NCBI GenBank assembly: GCA_024278275.1
Contig: JAJRTN010000123.1
Coordinates: 508 to 64,507 of the forward strand
Source: Candidatus Hydrogenedentota bacterium
GTDB lineage: Bacteria > Hydrogenedentota > Hydrogenedentia > Hydrogenedentales > JAJRTN01
Direction of reading: 5' to 3'
DNA: 64,000 bases
Part shown: piece by piece, positions 45,800 to 54,898 of the stretch
How positions within the stretch are numbered: position 1 is the first letter of the stretch
Layout: each line of letters begins with the position of its first letter
The notes under the pieces: generated by a model
Told to the model about the DNA's origin: nothing
What the model saw: the letters and a program-made list of their open reading frames with translations, nothing else
Database searches by the model: none
Translations under genes and position numbers: made by a program

Positions 45800-47008
45800 T
45801 TACCGTGGGTCCAACGGCTTTGGGACTTCGCCTGGCTCGGCGTTGGTTTCGCCGGCCAGGATCCTTCGCACCTGCTCCAGCGCCCACACACTGGTTCGAA
45901 CCTGTCCACGCGCACCGGTACCATACTGCCCCACCTCCCGAAAGTGATCGCCCTCCGGGGTGCGAAAGACCACGGAACTGCGTTGTTTCCGTGGCAGGTA
46001 GAGCAATACCAACGCGCAATCAGCTTTGCAGTCTAGCAAAAGACGGCCGGCCAGGTCAATAGCGGTTTCTTCATCTCTTGGGAAGCCGGCTTCCACGGGC
46101 CAAACCCGCCCCCCGGCAAAGGCGGTGGACCCGGCGGCGGTCAACCGTTGGGCGATCATGCCGCCCGTTCCCGTTTCGCCGACGGCCAGGGTCCAGTGCC
46201 GCTCCCGAAGCAAACGACATACCACACCTTCGAGGGTATCCTCACCGGCCCCCATGATGAGACCCGGAAGACGCCGCCGCACTTCCTCCTCCACGGGCGC
46301 AATGCGTGCCCGGGCATCGTCTTCGTCGCGGCCGTGGGCGGCAATACGAATTTTCACCGATTCCGGGTTCGCCAGTAAACCCACGGTTGGATTGACCTGG
46401 GAATTGATGAGGTCGCCCATGACGGCGTCGATGCGGGATTCCCCCACCCCGCAAACCTTGAGCACGCGATAACGGAGCACGCCGGTCATGCCGAAGACCT
46501 CGCGCAAGCGGGGAATCACCCGCTCCACAAGCATGGGTTTGAGTTCGAAGGGAACGCCCGGCATACAGACCACGAAGCCCCGCCCCGTGTCGGCCCACAG
46601 CCCCGGCGCGGTGCCATGGGGATTCTCGATGGCTTCGGCGCCTTCAGGCAACAGGGCCTGTTTCTTGTTGTTCCCGGTAACGCTGCGCCCGATCCGGGCG
46701 AAACGCCGACGGATGGCCTCGAAGAGTTCCTCGTGGTATTCGAGGCGGACCCCCATGACATCCGCGACACATTCGCGGGTGATATCGTCCTCGGTGGGCC
46801 CCAGACCGCCACTGCACAAAACCACGTCGCAACGCTCCAGCGCGGCGTTCAGCGCGGCGTTGATGCGGTCCCGGTTGTCGCCCACGGTGGTCTTTTGATA
46901 GCAGTGAATGCCGTGCTCCGCCAACACGCGGGACATAAACGTGCTGTTGGTATCCTCGATTTGACCGATCAGCAATTCCGTGCCAATCATCAACAACTCG
47001 GCGCGCAT
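45800..47008 (-). CDS. cinA: CinA family protein (competence/damage-inducible; MoCF-binding domain plus nicotinamide-nucleotide amidase domain)
   Basis: MRAELLMIGTELLIGQIEDTNSTFMSRVLAEHGI...VVLCSGGLGPTEDDITRE. AAGGAGA lies 5 nt before the ATG at 47008. Confidence 0.85.
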   Translation of the reverse strand: MRAELLMIGTELLIGQIEDTNSTFMSRVLAEHGIHCYQKTTVGDNRDRINAALNAALERCDVVLCSGGLGPTEDDITRECVADVMGVRLEYHEELFEAIRRRFARIGRSVTGNNKKQALLPEGAEAIENPHGTAPGLWADTGRGFVVCMPGVPFELKPMLVERVIPRLREVFGMTGVLRYRVLKVCGVGESRIDAVMGDLINSQVNPTVGLLANPESVKIRIAAHGRDEDDARARIAPVEEEVRRRLPGLIMGAGEDTLEGVVCRLLRERHWTLAVGETGTGGMIAQRLTAAGSTAFAGGRVWPVEAGFPRDEETAIDLAGRLLLDCKADCALVLLYLPRKQRSSVVFRTPEGDHFREVGQYGTGARGQVRTSVWALEQVRRILAGETNAEPGEVPKPLDPR

Positions 47009-47194
47009 GTTTTTCTCCTTCGTCATGGGGAAGGGAAGGACTATAGCAGATTATCCCAGCCAATCGTCCCGTCGTGGCATTTGCGAAATGGCGCTTTCCA
47101 GGTGCCATCCGCAGGACCGCGTTCGCGGGAGCGACGGAAGAAAAGAGCCAATACATATTCGTGACCCTTTGTACAGAATGCCATGGGAAAGGGA

Positions 47195-48097
47195 CTACTC
47201 TACAGGCCTTTGAGGCCGTGCCCGGTTACCCTCATTCTTTCGCGAATGGCACCCCCGGCGTGTAATAAGGTCGCCGTATCCCTCCCGGTAGGTGGGGAAT
47301 TGGAATGAAAAGCCCGTTTCGCGCAGGCGGCGGTTGCGGTAGCGGCGGTTCACGCCCCGGCCCCCGGCTTCGGCCGTGTTCCGGTCCAGCGGCGGCCGGG
47401 GCAGATCCAGTCGGTGGGCCACCCAGTCCAATGCCTCCGAACGCTCGACCGGTTCGTCATCGGTGGCCAGGTACCGGTCTGCCAACCCGGTGCGACCCAT
47501 GAGGTGAGCCAGCACCCCCGCCGCATCGTCCCGATGAATATGATTCAGATATCTTCGGCCGGGATATCGGCGCGCCTCGCCGGCGCGCACGGCGTCGATG
47601 ATCCGGCATCGCCCGGGACCGTAGATGCCGCTGAAGCGGACCACGGTCGCGGGAAAGGGGCCTTCGAGCACACGTTGTTCTCCTGCGAGCAGGCACCGCC
47701 CCGCAAAATGAACGGCACTGGTGGGACTGGATTCATCCACCCATTGGCCGTCTTCCTGGCGGTAAACCCCCGTGCTCGACACGAAAAAAAAACGTCCCAC
47801 GGGTTGTTGCCGCTCCCGAAGAACCTCAAGCAGGTTGGCGGGACCGTCCACGTAGGCGGCGTGATAGGCCCCGGGGGTGTGCGCACCGGCACCGGCCATG
47901 TAGAACAGGGTCTGCACGTTGTGTGGAAGGCTGCCGAGGGAGGACCGGCAGGTCAAGTCGGCGGCGACGGGCTGAATCGCCCCGGGAAGGCCGTTGGGGT
48001 CTCTGCGAAGACCGAAAACTTCGTGCCCCTGCCGCGCCAGTTGCGCGCCCAGCACGGTCCCTACATAGCCGCACCCGGCAATTAACACGCGCGACAT
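47195..48097 (-). CDS. NAD(P)-dependent SDR/epimerase-family oxidoreductase
   Basis: MSRVLIAGCGYVGTVLGAQLARQGHEVFGLRR is a Rossmann GxGxxG motif. The length and pattern resemble atypical SDRs. Confidence 0.7.
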   Translation of the reverse strand: MSRVLIAGCGYVGTVLGAQLARQGHEVFGLRRDPNGLPGAIQPVAADLTCRSSLGSLPHNVQTLFYMAGAGAHTPGAYHAAYVDGPANLLEVLRERQQPVGRFFFVSSTGVYRQEDGQWVDESSPTSAVHFAGRCLLAGEQRVLEGPFPATVVRFSGIYGPGRCRIIDAVRAGEARRYPGRRYLNHIHRDDAAGVLAHLMGRTGLADRYLATDDEPVERSEALDWVAHRLDLPRPPLDRNTAEAGGRGVNRRYRNRRLRETGFSFQFPTYREGYGDLITRRGCHSRKNEGNRARPQRPVE

Positions 48098-48137
48098 TAC
48101 CGCTTGATCCCCCTGCCCACCCAAGGGGGAATTGCTC

Positions 48138-48210
48138 CATGGAGCCCCGCGTTCGCGGGGATGACAGTGGAGCGTGGTACGGGCGGCGGTAGCGATTCCC
48201 GGCTCCGGCC
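48138..48210. repeat. family A right arm plus conserved right flank
   Basis: catggagccccgcgttcgcggggatgac is followed by ..gtggtacgggcggcggtagcgattcccggctccggcc, which aligns with 9620-9695. Confidence 0.75.
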
Positions 48211-48292
48211 AAACGGGCCAGGCGCCTTCGCAATGACGAAACAGGACTGGTCTTGGATTTTTCCGGTGGTGTTTCGCGCTTGAACGCCGGGC

Positions 48293-49204
48293 CTACTCAT
48301 CCTCGAACTCGTCGCTCTCCGGAATCAGCGGCTCAAGCTCCGCAAGCGTAAAAGCGCCCTCCGGCTTGGAGGCCAAGCCATCGTAGAAAGCGCGCCATTC
48401 CTCGGGGGTATACAGGCTTCGTCCGGCGGTCTCGTCTTGCCACAATGCCTTGAGGGCCGAGCGGCTGGCGTTGGCGACTTTCAGGCTTCTGTCCCCAAGC
48501 GCCTCGATAAGGGCGGGCGTGGCGTTCCGTGCCTTTAACGCCGCCAGGGAATGGGCGGCGGCAATACGGACCTCCGGGGCATGATCGACGAGTCCGCGGA
48601 CAACCAGGGGTATGCTGTCCAAATCCCTGAGCCTGCCGATAAGCCCGATGCTCATGGCCCGTGTTCCGGCGTACTCATGAAAGCAATTCTCCCGTGCAAA
48701 GCCCCGTCCTCGGCGCGGGTCCAGGATGACCATGGTCTCCAGGACCCATGGCGAAAAGCGCTGCGACAACTCGGGGAAACGGAAGGCCAGGTACGGGACG
48801 ATATCCACTTCGGCCTGCATGCCGGCCATCTTATCGCGGATTCGTCCGCGTTCGCCCGCGTGGGGCGTGCGCAACTCAAACATGAGCGCCTCCACGCGCC
48901 TTCGCTGATCGGCCGTGAGTCCCGTTCGCCGGGTTATTTCGGCATCTCGCTGCGCCCAACGGGCCTTCGCGGCCTCCTTGTCGATAACACCGGTCTTGTT
49001 ATTCTTCTCCACATGGTCAACTTCGGAAGCGCGATAGATAATCTTCCGTTTTCCCGCTTCCACCAGCAGGTGACCGTTGGGAAGGTCGCGAACCATGCCG
49101 TCGAATCTCACGCCGTTTTTCAGATACACCGTATCCGCGGCGCCCGTGAAACCCAGCAACAGCAAAAGGGCCGTGAGCCTTGTGACTCTTTTTATTATCA
49201 TCAC
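48293..49204 (-). CDS. secreted HEAT-repeat protein
   Basis: Signal peptide MMIIKRVTRLTALLLLLGFTGAA. C-terminal HEAT-like repeats (LVDHAPEVRIAAAHSLAALKARNATPALIEALGDRSLKV). Confidence 0.6.
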   Translation of the reverse strand: MMIIKRVTRLTALLLLLGFTGAADTVYLKNGVRFDGMVRDLPNGHLLVEAGKRKIIYRASEVDHVEKNNKTGVIDKEAAKARWAQRDAEITRRTGLTADQRRRVEALMFELRTPHAGERGRIRDKMAGMQAEVDIVPYLAFRFPELSQRFSPWVLETMVILDPRRGRGFARENCFHEYAGTRAMSIGLIGRLRDLDSIPLVVRGLVDHAPEVRIAAAHSLAALKARNATPALIEALGDRSLKVANASRSALKALWQDETAGRSLYTPEEWRAFYDGLASKPEGAFTLAELEPLIPESDEFEDE

Positions 49205-49225
49205 GGTAAACCTCTATGATTCGGC

Positions 49226-51568
49226 CTACGTTTCGTTCCGTTCAAAGTAGAAGACGCGCCGTGCCAAAGTCGCCTGTTCGGTGTCGCGCAGTTCGATAAA
49301 ACGCTCCACCCGGGGGTCGTAAAAAAGATTCAGACCACGGCCGTTCTGGCCGGGCACGAACATGCCCAGATCGGCGCTGATCACGCCGCCGCGTATCTGC
49401 ATCCGTCCCAGGGTGTTGGACTTGTGGCGTGTCTTGCTGCGAACGATGGCGAAGATCGAGTTATTGCTGTAAAGCAGCCCGTCGAACTGATACTCCCGAC
49501 CACCACTGGGGCGGCTCATTTCGTCTTCGTACCATATGTTGCGCAGCGTATCTTCCGATATCCAGTTGGAGGTCATTTCGCTGCCGGGCGCGTGACTTCC
49601 CCCGGGGCTGCAATAGAGGTAAGCCGCCTTATCCAGGATATCCAGGGGCAGCCCTTTTGCAACCAGGTAATCACTCAGAAGTGTCACGCCGCTTTCGGAA
49701 TAGCGCACGGCGTGTTCATCCCCCGAATCATAGACATAGATGTTGTCGGGCTGACTTTCACGCAGTCCATAGAAACGGGGCGTATAATCGGGGTCGGCCA
49801 AGGCTCTTTCCAGTTCCCGATTGTTGAAGAGCATTAACTCCGAGGTGGTGAAACTGTACTGCTGACCGGGCCGTCCGGCCACCTTCTCGCCGGAATCCAC
49901 CGACCATTGGTCGAAGTAGCCCCACTCCAGGGTTTCCGTTTTGCCGTTAAGCGTTATGGTGTTGCTGCGGTGTTTGTCACGGGTGTGAATGCTGTATTGA
50001 CTCCACTTGGGATATTTCCGGTTGTTGTACTTGCTGTGGTTCACGCCGCGCACGGTAAGGTAGTCACCCATCATGATGCTGCCGCCGGCAATGACCGCCA
50101 AAGCGTTTTCACGGCCATCCGTTCCCACGCCAAAAGCGCCCGGCGCGTCGTCATAGGTCACATCGCCCACGACGTACACGTTCCCCCGCACCAGCAACTG
50201 GCCGAAACCCTTCACCGGCCCCTTGATAACCAAATCACCGTTCACCGCTACCGTGCTGTTGATGATGATAGGATCATCGTCGGTACCCACCAGGATAAGA
50301 TGGCCGTCGTAGCTGCCGGTATCACGGAGATCCTGGAGGGCGCCATTGGAACCCGTGGGAAGCCCCGCTTCCTCGTACAGGGTGCCGTCGTGGGGCACCC
50401 CAAAGGCCACACCGGCCTGAATCGATCCGGATCCCTCGGCATCGGGACCAAAGGCGAAGTCCACGCTGCCGTTGGCGGTGTTGACCTCGATGGCGAACTC
50501 CTCGTCACCCACATACCGGTCTCCATCCTCATCGGGATAGGGGGCTGGAAAAGTACTGGGGAGAATGCCATCGGTCTGGCCCTCCTCCTCCAGGGGGTAA
50601 TTCATGTAAAGATTGGCAAAGGGCTCCAACTCGCCCGCCCCGTTTTTCCCCGCGTTCACCAGGTCGACACGGCGCATATTGCCACTGCCGTCCTGTTCGA
50701 TGGCACCATTGTCTTTGCTTAAAGCGTAGCCGTCAAAGTTGGTGGACGCGAGTTCGTCGGTGGAGTAGAGCGACCCATTGGGTTTGTACACCTCGCCGCG
50801 GGTGTAAACGGTGCCGGCCACGGTGGAATCAGAACTACTGCCCGTACGCACGAGCAGCGACTCCAGCGCGGCCACTTTCACCCGGTCGAAAGAGTTGTAA
50901 AGGTCTGCGTCCCTGTTACGCTCCAGCGGCATGGATTTGATCTCGGCGTGACACAAAATGCAATTAATGTTGTTGGCCAGGATGGCGAACTGGGTGTGCG
51001 TGGTGGCCCGTCCGCCAATTTCGAAAACCTGCACGGCGGTCTGCCTGACGCCCCCCGCGGAAGCTGTTGAGCGGACGGTCAACACGGCGTTTTCCGGCGT
51101 GTCATAGCGCAACACCCGCACGGAATCAATCGTGGCAATCACGCGATTCGAGGTGGGGTCCCGGAAATCCAGGGGTTCCTCCAGCATGGCCCAGCCTTCC
51201 GGGCCGGCCGTCTCGAACCCGTCCTTTCCGTTCCCCTCCTCGCCCCGATCCTGTACCCCGTTGAAATTGAGGTCTTCATTGATGGGGATTTGAAGGGTGT
51301 TGTTGAGGTAATAGCGATAGGACGCCCAATTCCCCGTGGTGTTGCCATTGCTGACGATATAGTCGGCCCACAGGCGCTTGACGGCGAGTTCAACGCCGGC
51401 CCGGGCCGCCTCTTCCGCGACAGCCTGGCTGTAGGCCAGGTCTGTCTGCTGTTTGCTCACCTGGACGCGCGTCATCATAAGCCCGAGAGCGCCGAGAATC
51501 ACGACAACCGCGACCATTACTACAATGAGGGCCATGCCCTCGCATTGATGCAGGCGTTGGTATTTCAT
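49226..51568 (-). CDS. large (about 780 aa) PilX_N/GspK-like pseudopilin-associated protein
   Basis: The N-terminus ..CEGMALIVVMVAVVVILGALGLMMTRVQVSKQQTDLAYSQAVAEEAARAGVE resembles the PilX N-terminal/minor pseudopilin helix. It is the last gene of the pseudopilin operon. The alternative start is at 51595. Confidence 0.55.
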   Translation of the reverse strand: MKYQRLHQCEGMALIVVMVAVVVILGALGLMMTRVQVSKQQTDLAYSQAVAEEAARAGVELAVKRLWADYIVSNGNTTGNWASYRYYLNNTLQIPINEDLNFNGVQDRGEEGNGKDGFETAGPEGWAMLEEPLDFRDPTSNRVIATIDSVRVLRYDTPENAVLTVRSTASAGGVRQTAVQVFEIGGRATTHTQFAILANNINCILCHAEIKSMPLERNRDADLYNSFDRVKVAALESLLVRTGSSSDSTVAGTVYTRGEVYKPNGSLYSTDELASTNFDGYALSKDNGAIEQDGSGNMRRVDLVNAGKNGAGELEPFANLYMNYPLEEEGQTDGILPSTFPAPYPDEDGDRYVGDEEFAIEVNTANGSVDFAFGPDAEGSGSIQAGVAFGVPHDGTLYEEAGLPTGSNGALQDLRDTGSYDGHLILVGTDDDPIIINSTVAVNGDLVIKGPVKGFGQLLVRGNVYVVGDVTYDDAPGAFGVGTDGRENALAVIAGGSIMMGDYLTVRGVNHSKYNNRKYPKWSQYSIHTRDKHRSNTITLNGKTETLEWGYFDQWSVDSGEKVAGRPGQQYSFTTSELMLFNNRELERALADPDYTPRFYGLRESQPDNIYVYDSGDEHAVRYSESGVTLLSDYLVAKGLPLDILDKAAYLYCSPGGSHAPGSEMTSNWISEDTLRNIWYEDEMSRPSGGREYQFDGLLYSNNSIFAIVRSKTRHKSNTLGRMQIRGGVISADLGMFVPGQNGRGLNLFYDPRVERFIELRDTEQATLARRVFYFERNET

Positions 51569-51640
51569 ACGCCCTCCTTTCCGGCCGCCCATCAAGCGGG
51601 GCTGGCGCGACTTTTGCGGGACGGAAGCCGGGTGCCGCCG

Positions 51641-52288
51641 TCAGTTGGCCATGGTGATGGAACCCTGAAGCTGGGCGCGTATGAGCCGCCCTTCGCCCTG
51701 GCCGTATCGTTTGGATGCGGTCAGCAATACGGAGAGCACCGTTCTTGGCCCGTTGGCGACGGGTTGCAACTGGAACCGCACATTGGAGATGCAATTGGCG
51801 GCGCCCAAGACGGTGGTCGTGTTGTCCTGGATACGAAGAAGGCGCCGCGTCAACACGCCGTCGTCGTTCTCGTCCTCTCCATCGTCAAGACGGCCATTGC
51901 CTTCATTGGTCTCTCCCACCGGAAAATCCTCGTTTTCCAGGGAGATGGTTATCGGGTTGGAGCCAACCACCATGCGCGAATCGCCCGAGGGCTCGGGCAC
52001 CTGAAACACAATGCTGCGTCCATCTTCACTCACGCTGATGGCTTCCACCCCGTCGGGCGAAAGGGGAGGCTCGGCATCGGTGCTTCGTTCGGAGTAGGCC
52101 TCACCCACCTCGGCGTTGAGGAGCGACATCACGTCCCGCAATGCCGATTGCATCTCCTCCTTCGCATTGACCAGGGCGGCCGATTCCGTGGAGGTCTTGA
52201 GCACCACGAAGCCCAGGAGGGAAACCACCGTCAGAATACTGATGGCGAGCATCACTTCAAGCAGCGTGTAGCCCCCACGTTTTTTCAT
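51641..52288 (-). CDS. prepilin-type N-terminal cleavage/methylation domain protein (pseudopilin)
   Basis: MKKRGGYTLLEVMLAISILTVVSLLGFVV is a class III signal (G/YTLLE). I chose the ATG at 52288. The track ORF start at 52585 is implausible. Confidence 0.8.
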   Translation of the reverse strand: MKKRGGYTLLEVMLAISILTVVSLLGFVVLKTSTESAALVNAKEEMQSALRDVMSLLNAEVGEAYSERSTDAEPPLSPDGVEAISVSEDGRSIVFQVPEPSGDSRMVVGSNPITISLENEDFPVGETNEGNGRLDDGEDENDDGVLTRRLLRIQDNTTTVLGAANCISNVRFQLQPVANGPRTVLSVLLTASKRYGQGEGRLIRAQLQGSITMAN

Positions 52289-52304
52289 GGCCTTCGCCTC
52301 CATC

Positions 52305-52772
52305 CTACTCACTCGCCAGGTACGTGACGATCTCGGCTTCAAGAGGGCGGCCGGAACGGTCCAGCCAGGTACAGAAGACACGCACCTCGAGGACGGTATC
52401 CCCGGCCGTCGGCGCCCCCCCCGCGCGATTCGTGCATTCCACGGTAATCGCCTGTCCCGGCAAATCCTCTTCGCCTTGATCCTGGAGTCGCTGATACTCG
52501 GGCCAGCCCTCTTCGTTTTTATTCTCCACCCAAGCCACCAGGTTATCCGGCCATTCGAGCGGATCGAGGAGCCCTCGCTGATCACGCACGGCGCCCGCTA
52601 CATCCTTGCAAACGCGGATGGCCTCGATGCGCTGCTCCTGGATGTCAATCGCCACATAAAACGTCACCAGCGCCTGGGCCGTAATCGCCGTCACAACAGC
52701 GAATATGGCCAGCGCGAAAGTTACCTCCATGAGGGTAAGCCCGCGTGCATCCCATTTTCTGTCTGTTTTCAC
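52305..52772 (-). CDS. prepilin-type N-terminal cleavage/methylation domain protein (pseudopilin)
   Basis: (V)KTDRKWDARGLTLMEVTFALAIFAVVTAI is a class III signal. The GTG at 52772 is preceded by GGAG 8 nt upstream. The track ORF start at 53114 runs through an AT-rich non-coding region. Confidence 0.7.
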   Translation of the reverse strand: MKTDRKWDARGLTLMEVTFALAIFAVVTAITAQALVTFYVAIDIQEQRIEAIRVCKDVAGAVRDQRGLLDPLEWPDNLVAWVENKNEEGWPEYQRLQDQGEEDLPGQAITVECTNRAGGAPTAGDTVLEVRVFCTWLDRSGRPLEAEIVTYLASE

Positions 52773-53110
52773 GGCACGGACTCCAAAGGTTAGATTCGTA
52801 TATTTCCCGGCGAAAACATCCATCGGGCATTCACCGTAAATTCCACGCCACAAATGGATACTACCAGCCATACCGACAAGCGTCAAGCAATAGGGGGCTA
52901 AATCTTTACAAGATACTGAAAAATAATGGTTTAGAACGAATTTCCACTTTTTGGTACCGGATTCGCACCTTTGAAAAAAACGACGGATTTTAGACAGTTT
53001 CCAAGCTGTTTCTTCATATTTTCGGGCGATACCGCCACCGGCCTTGCAACGCAGGCCCTTACCGGTGAAGTTTTTATCCAAATGGTCACAAAAACGTGTC
53101 TTTGTCGCCT

Positions 53111-53168
53111 TCACCCCCGCGAAAGCGGGAATCCACGAAAAAGGGCAGGGTGTGGCCCCCTGTCATGG
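53111..53168. repeat. family A left arm plus central segment
   Basis: tcacccccgcgaaagcgggaatccacgaaaaagggcagggtgtggccccctgtcatgg aligns with 9566-9622. Confidence 0.75.
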
Positions 53169-53271
53169 CGTCCGCCCTTTTGAATGCCGCCTTTCCCCGG
53201 TGCTACCATGTTTTTTCCGCCCCGTGTTGTGGCGGGTGTCCCGGGGAAGACAACGGAAGGAAAGTCACACC

Positions 53272-54351
53272 ATGGCGACGTATAAGATTGCACTTATGGG
53301 CGGCGACGGCACGGGGCCCGAGGTTTTGCGTGAGGGGGTCAAGGTGTTGGAGGCCGCGGCACGGCGCTGCGGGTTCAGCCTGGACACGGCGAGCTTCGAT
53401 TTTGGCGGCGACCGTTACCTGGCCACGGGCGAAATCCTTCCCGATTCCGCCATCGAGGACTTTCGCCAGTTTGACGCCATCTATTTGGGGGCCATCGGCC
53501 ATCCCGAGGTGAAACCCGGCATCCTTGAAAAGGGCATCCTCCTCAAGGCCCGCTTCGAGCTGGACCAGTACATCAACCTTCGCCCCGTGAAGCTCTATCC
53601 CGGCGTCGAGACGCCCATCAAGGACAAAGGCCCCGAGGACATCGACTTTGTCGTGGTTCGCGAGAATTCCGCCGGTCTCTACACCGGTTTCGGCGGCGTA
53701 CAACGCAAAGGCACGCCTCACGAGGTGGCGGTCCAATCCATGGTTTACAGCCGCAACGAGGTGGATCGCTGCCTCAAGTTCGCGTTTGACTATGCCCGTA
53801 AACGGAACAAGGACAAGACCCTCACCCTTTGCGGCAAGACCAACGTGCTGACCTACGTCTATGATTTGTGGGAGCGCGCCTTTCATGCAATGGGTGAGAA
53901 GGAATATCCCGACATCAAGCGAGAATACGCCCACGTGGATGCCACCACCATGTGGATGGTTAAAAACCCCGAATGGTTTGACGTTATCGTTACGGGCAAC
54001 ATGTTTGGCGACATCGTCACCGACCTGGGCGCCATGGTGCAGGGCGGCATGGGCATCGCCGCCGGCGGCAATATCAACCCCGAGGGCGTCTCCATGTTCG
54101 AGCCCATCGGGGGCAGCGCGCCCAAGTACACGGGGCTGAACGTAATCAACCCCCTGGCCTGCATCTTCGCCGGTCAAATGCTGCTTGACCACCTCGGCGA
54201 AAGCGAAGCGGCCCTGCTCGTTGAAAAAGCCTGCGTCGCCGTTATCACCTCCGACGATTTCCCCGGTATGTCCGCCCGGGAGATCAAGGAAGGCGGCTGG
54301 TCCACCACCCAGATTGGCGACCGCGTCGCCGAGGCGGTGGCGTCGGCCTGA
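53272..54351 (+). CDS. isocitrate/isopropylmalate dehydrogenase family enzyme (3-isopropylmalate or tartrate/D-malate dehydrogenase-like)
   Basis: MATYKIALMGGDGTGPEV..., FDAIYLGAIGHP, YINLRPV, DFVVVRENSAGLY, NMFGDIVTDLGA, FEPIGGSAPKY. The exact substrate cannot be assigned by eye. Confidence 0.85.
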   Translation: MATYKIALMGGDGTGPEVLREGVKVLEAAARRCGFSLDTASFDFGGDRYLATGEILPDSAIEDFRQFDAIYLGAIGHPEVKPGILEKGILLKARFELDQYINLRPVKLYPGVETPIKDKGPEDIDFVVVRENSAGLYTGFGGVQRKGTPHEVAVQSMVYSRNEVDRCLKFAFDYARKRNKDKTLTLCGKTNVLTYVYDLWERAFHAMGEKEYPDIKREYAHVDATTMWMVKNPEWFDVIVTGNMFGDIVTDLGAMVQGGMGIAAGGNINPEGVSMFEPIGGSAPKYTGLNVINPLACIFAGQMLLDHLGESEAALLVEKACVAVITSDDFPGMSAREIKEGGWSTTQIGDRVAEAVASA

Positions 54352-54353
54352 GC

Positions 54354-54389
54354 GGGCATTGGAAAAACAGGGCAATAGCCGTGTTTTTT
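54354..54389 (+). terminator. candidate intrinsic terminator after the dehydrogenase gene
   Basis: An imperfect hairpin, gggcattg..caatagcc (54354-54380), is followed by gTGTTTTTTc (54381-54390), 3 nt after the stop. Confidence 0.4.
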
Positions 54390-54430
54390 CGTCACGCGGG
54401 CAACATCCTCCATGTGCGGTGTGCCGGCAA

Positions 54431-54563
54431 GGCGCCGCCGGAGCCAGGCATCGATACAGCCGTCCGTGCCACAACCAACCGTCATTCCTGCAAAGGCGGG
54501 AAACATGGATTGGCTGCATGATTACGCTCATTTCCCGTGGGTCCCCAAGTTTGCGGGAATGGC
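54431..54563. repeat. family A composite element in inverted orientation (flank plus both arms, degenerate)
   Basis: 54431-54480 is the reverse complement of the 9647-9695 flank (gccgtccgtgccacaaccaacc is exact). Arms: gtcattcctgcaaaggcggga (54481-) and ccccaagtttgcgggaatggc (-54563). Confidence 0.7.
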
Positions 54564-54762
54564 TGAAAGGGATGCCGGGGGCTTTGCTTTGCCGTTGTGG
54601 GCCCTGCAAGAGAGAACATCACCGGGAATGCATTCCAGCCAATCGCCCGTGCCGCCAACCGGAAATCCTTTCAACCCATGACGACGGTCCTGTTCGTCAC
54701 TCACTCCCGCTTGGAGGTCCGGGTGATTGCAACGAGAGAGAACCCTTTCCCCAGACGAGACC

Positions 54763-54827
54763 GTCGAGGTGTCGAGGTGAAGTCGAGGTGAAGTCTGTTG
54801 ACAAGTCTCCCGAATTCCTGTTACATT
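54763..54827 (+). promoter_or_regulatory. three tandem GTCGAGGTG(AA) direct repeats abutting a sigma-70-like promoter of the response-regulator gene
   Basis: Repeats at 54763-54770, 54771-54781 and 54782-54792. Then TTGACA (54798-54803), an 18-nt spacer, and TACATT (54822-54827). The ATG of the HTH-REC gene is at 54899. Confidence 0.45.
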
Positions 54828-54898
54828 TGAGGTGCGTATACGCCGCAAATCCAAGAGAATCCGTCCATCCGTGACGTGGCGAGCAAGGATACACGACG

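Noticed and set aside
52952-52967. Sigma-54-like -24/-12 element TGGTACcggatTCGCA in the AT-rich region.
   Set aside because: The GG-N10-GC spacing fits, but the motif is on the plus strand, pointing away from the pseudopilin operon. It is separated from the next plus-strand gene by about 300 nt that include a repeat element. Two consensus positions are mismatched, and no enhancer-binding protein gene is nearby.
2999-54563. Whether the recurring repeats could be a CRISPR array.
   Set aside because: The copies are dispersed over 50 kb rather than regularly spaced. They occur in both orientations, are internally palindromic with inverted arms, and have no unique spacers of uniform length. No cas genes are present.
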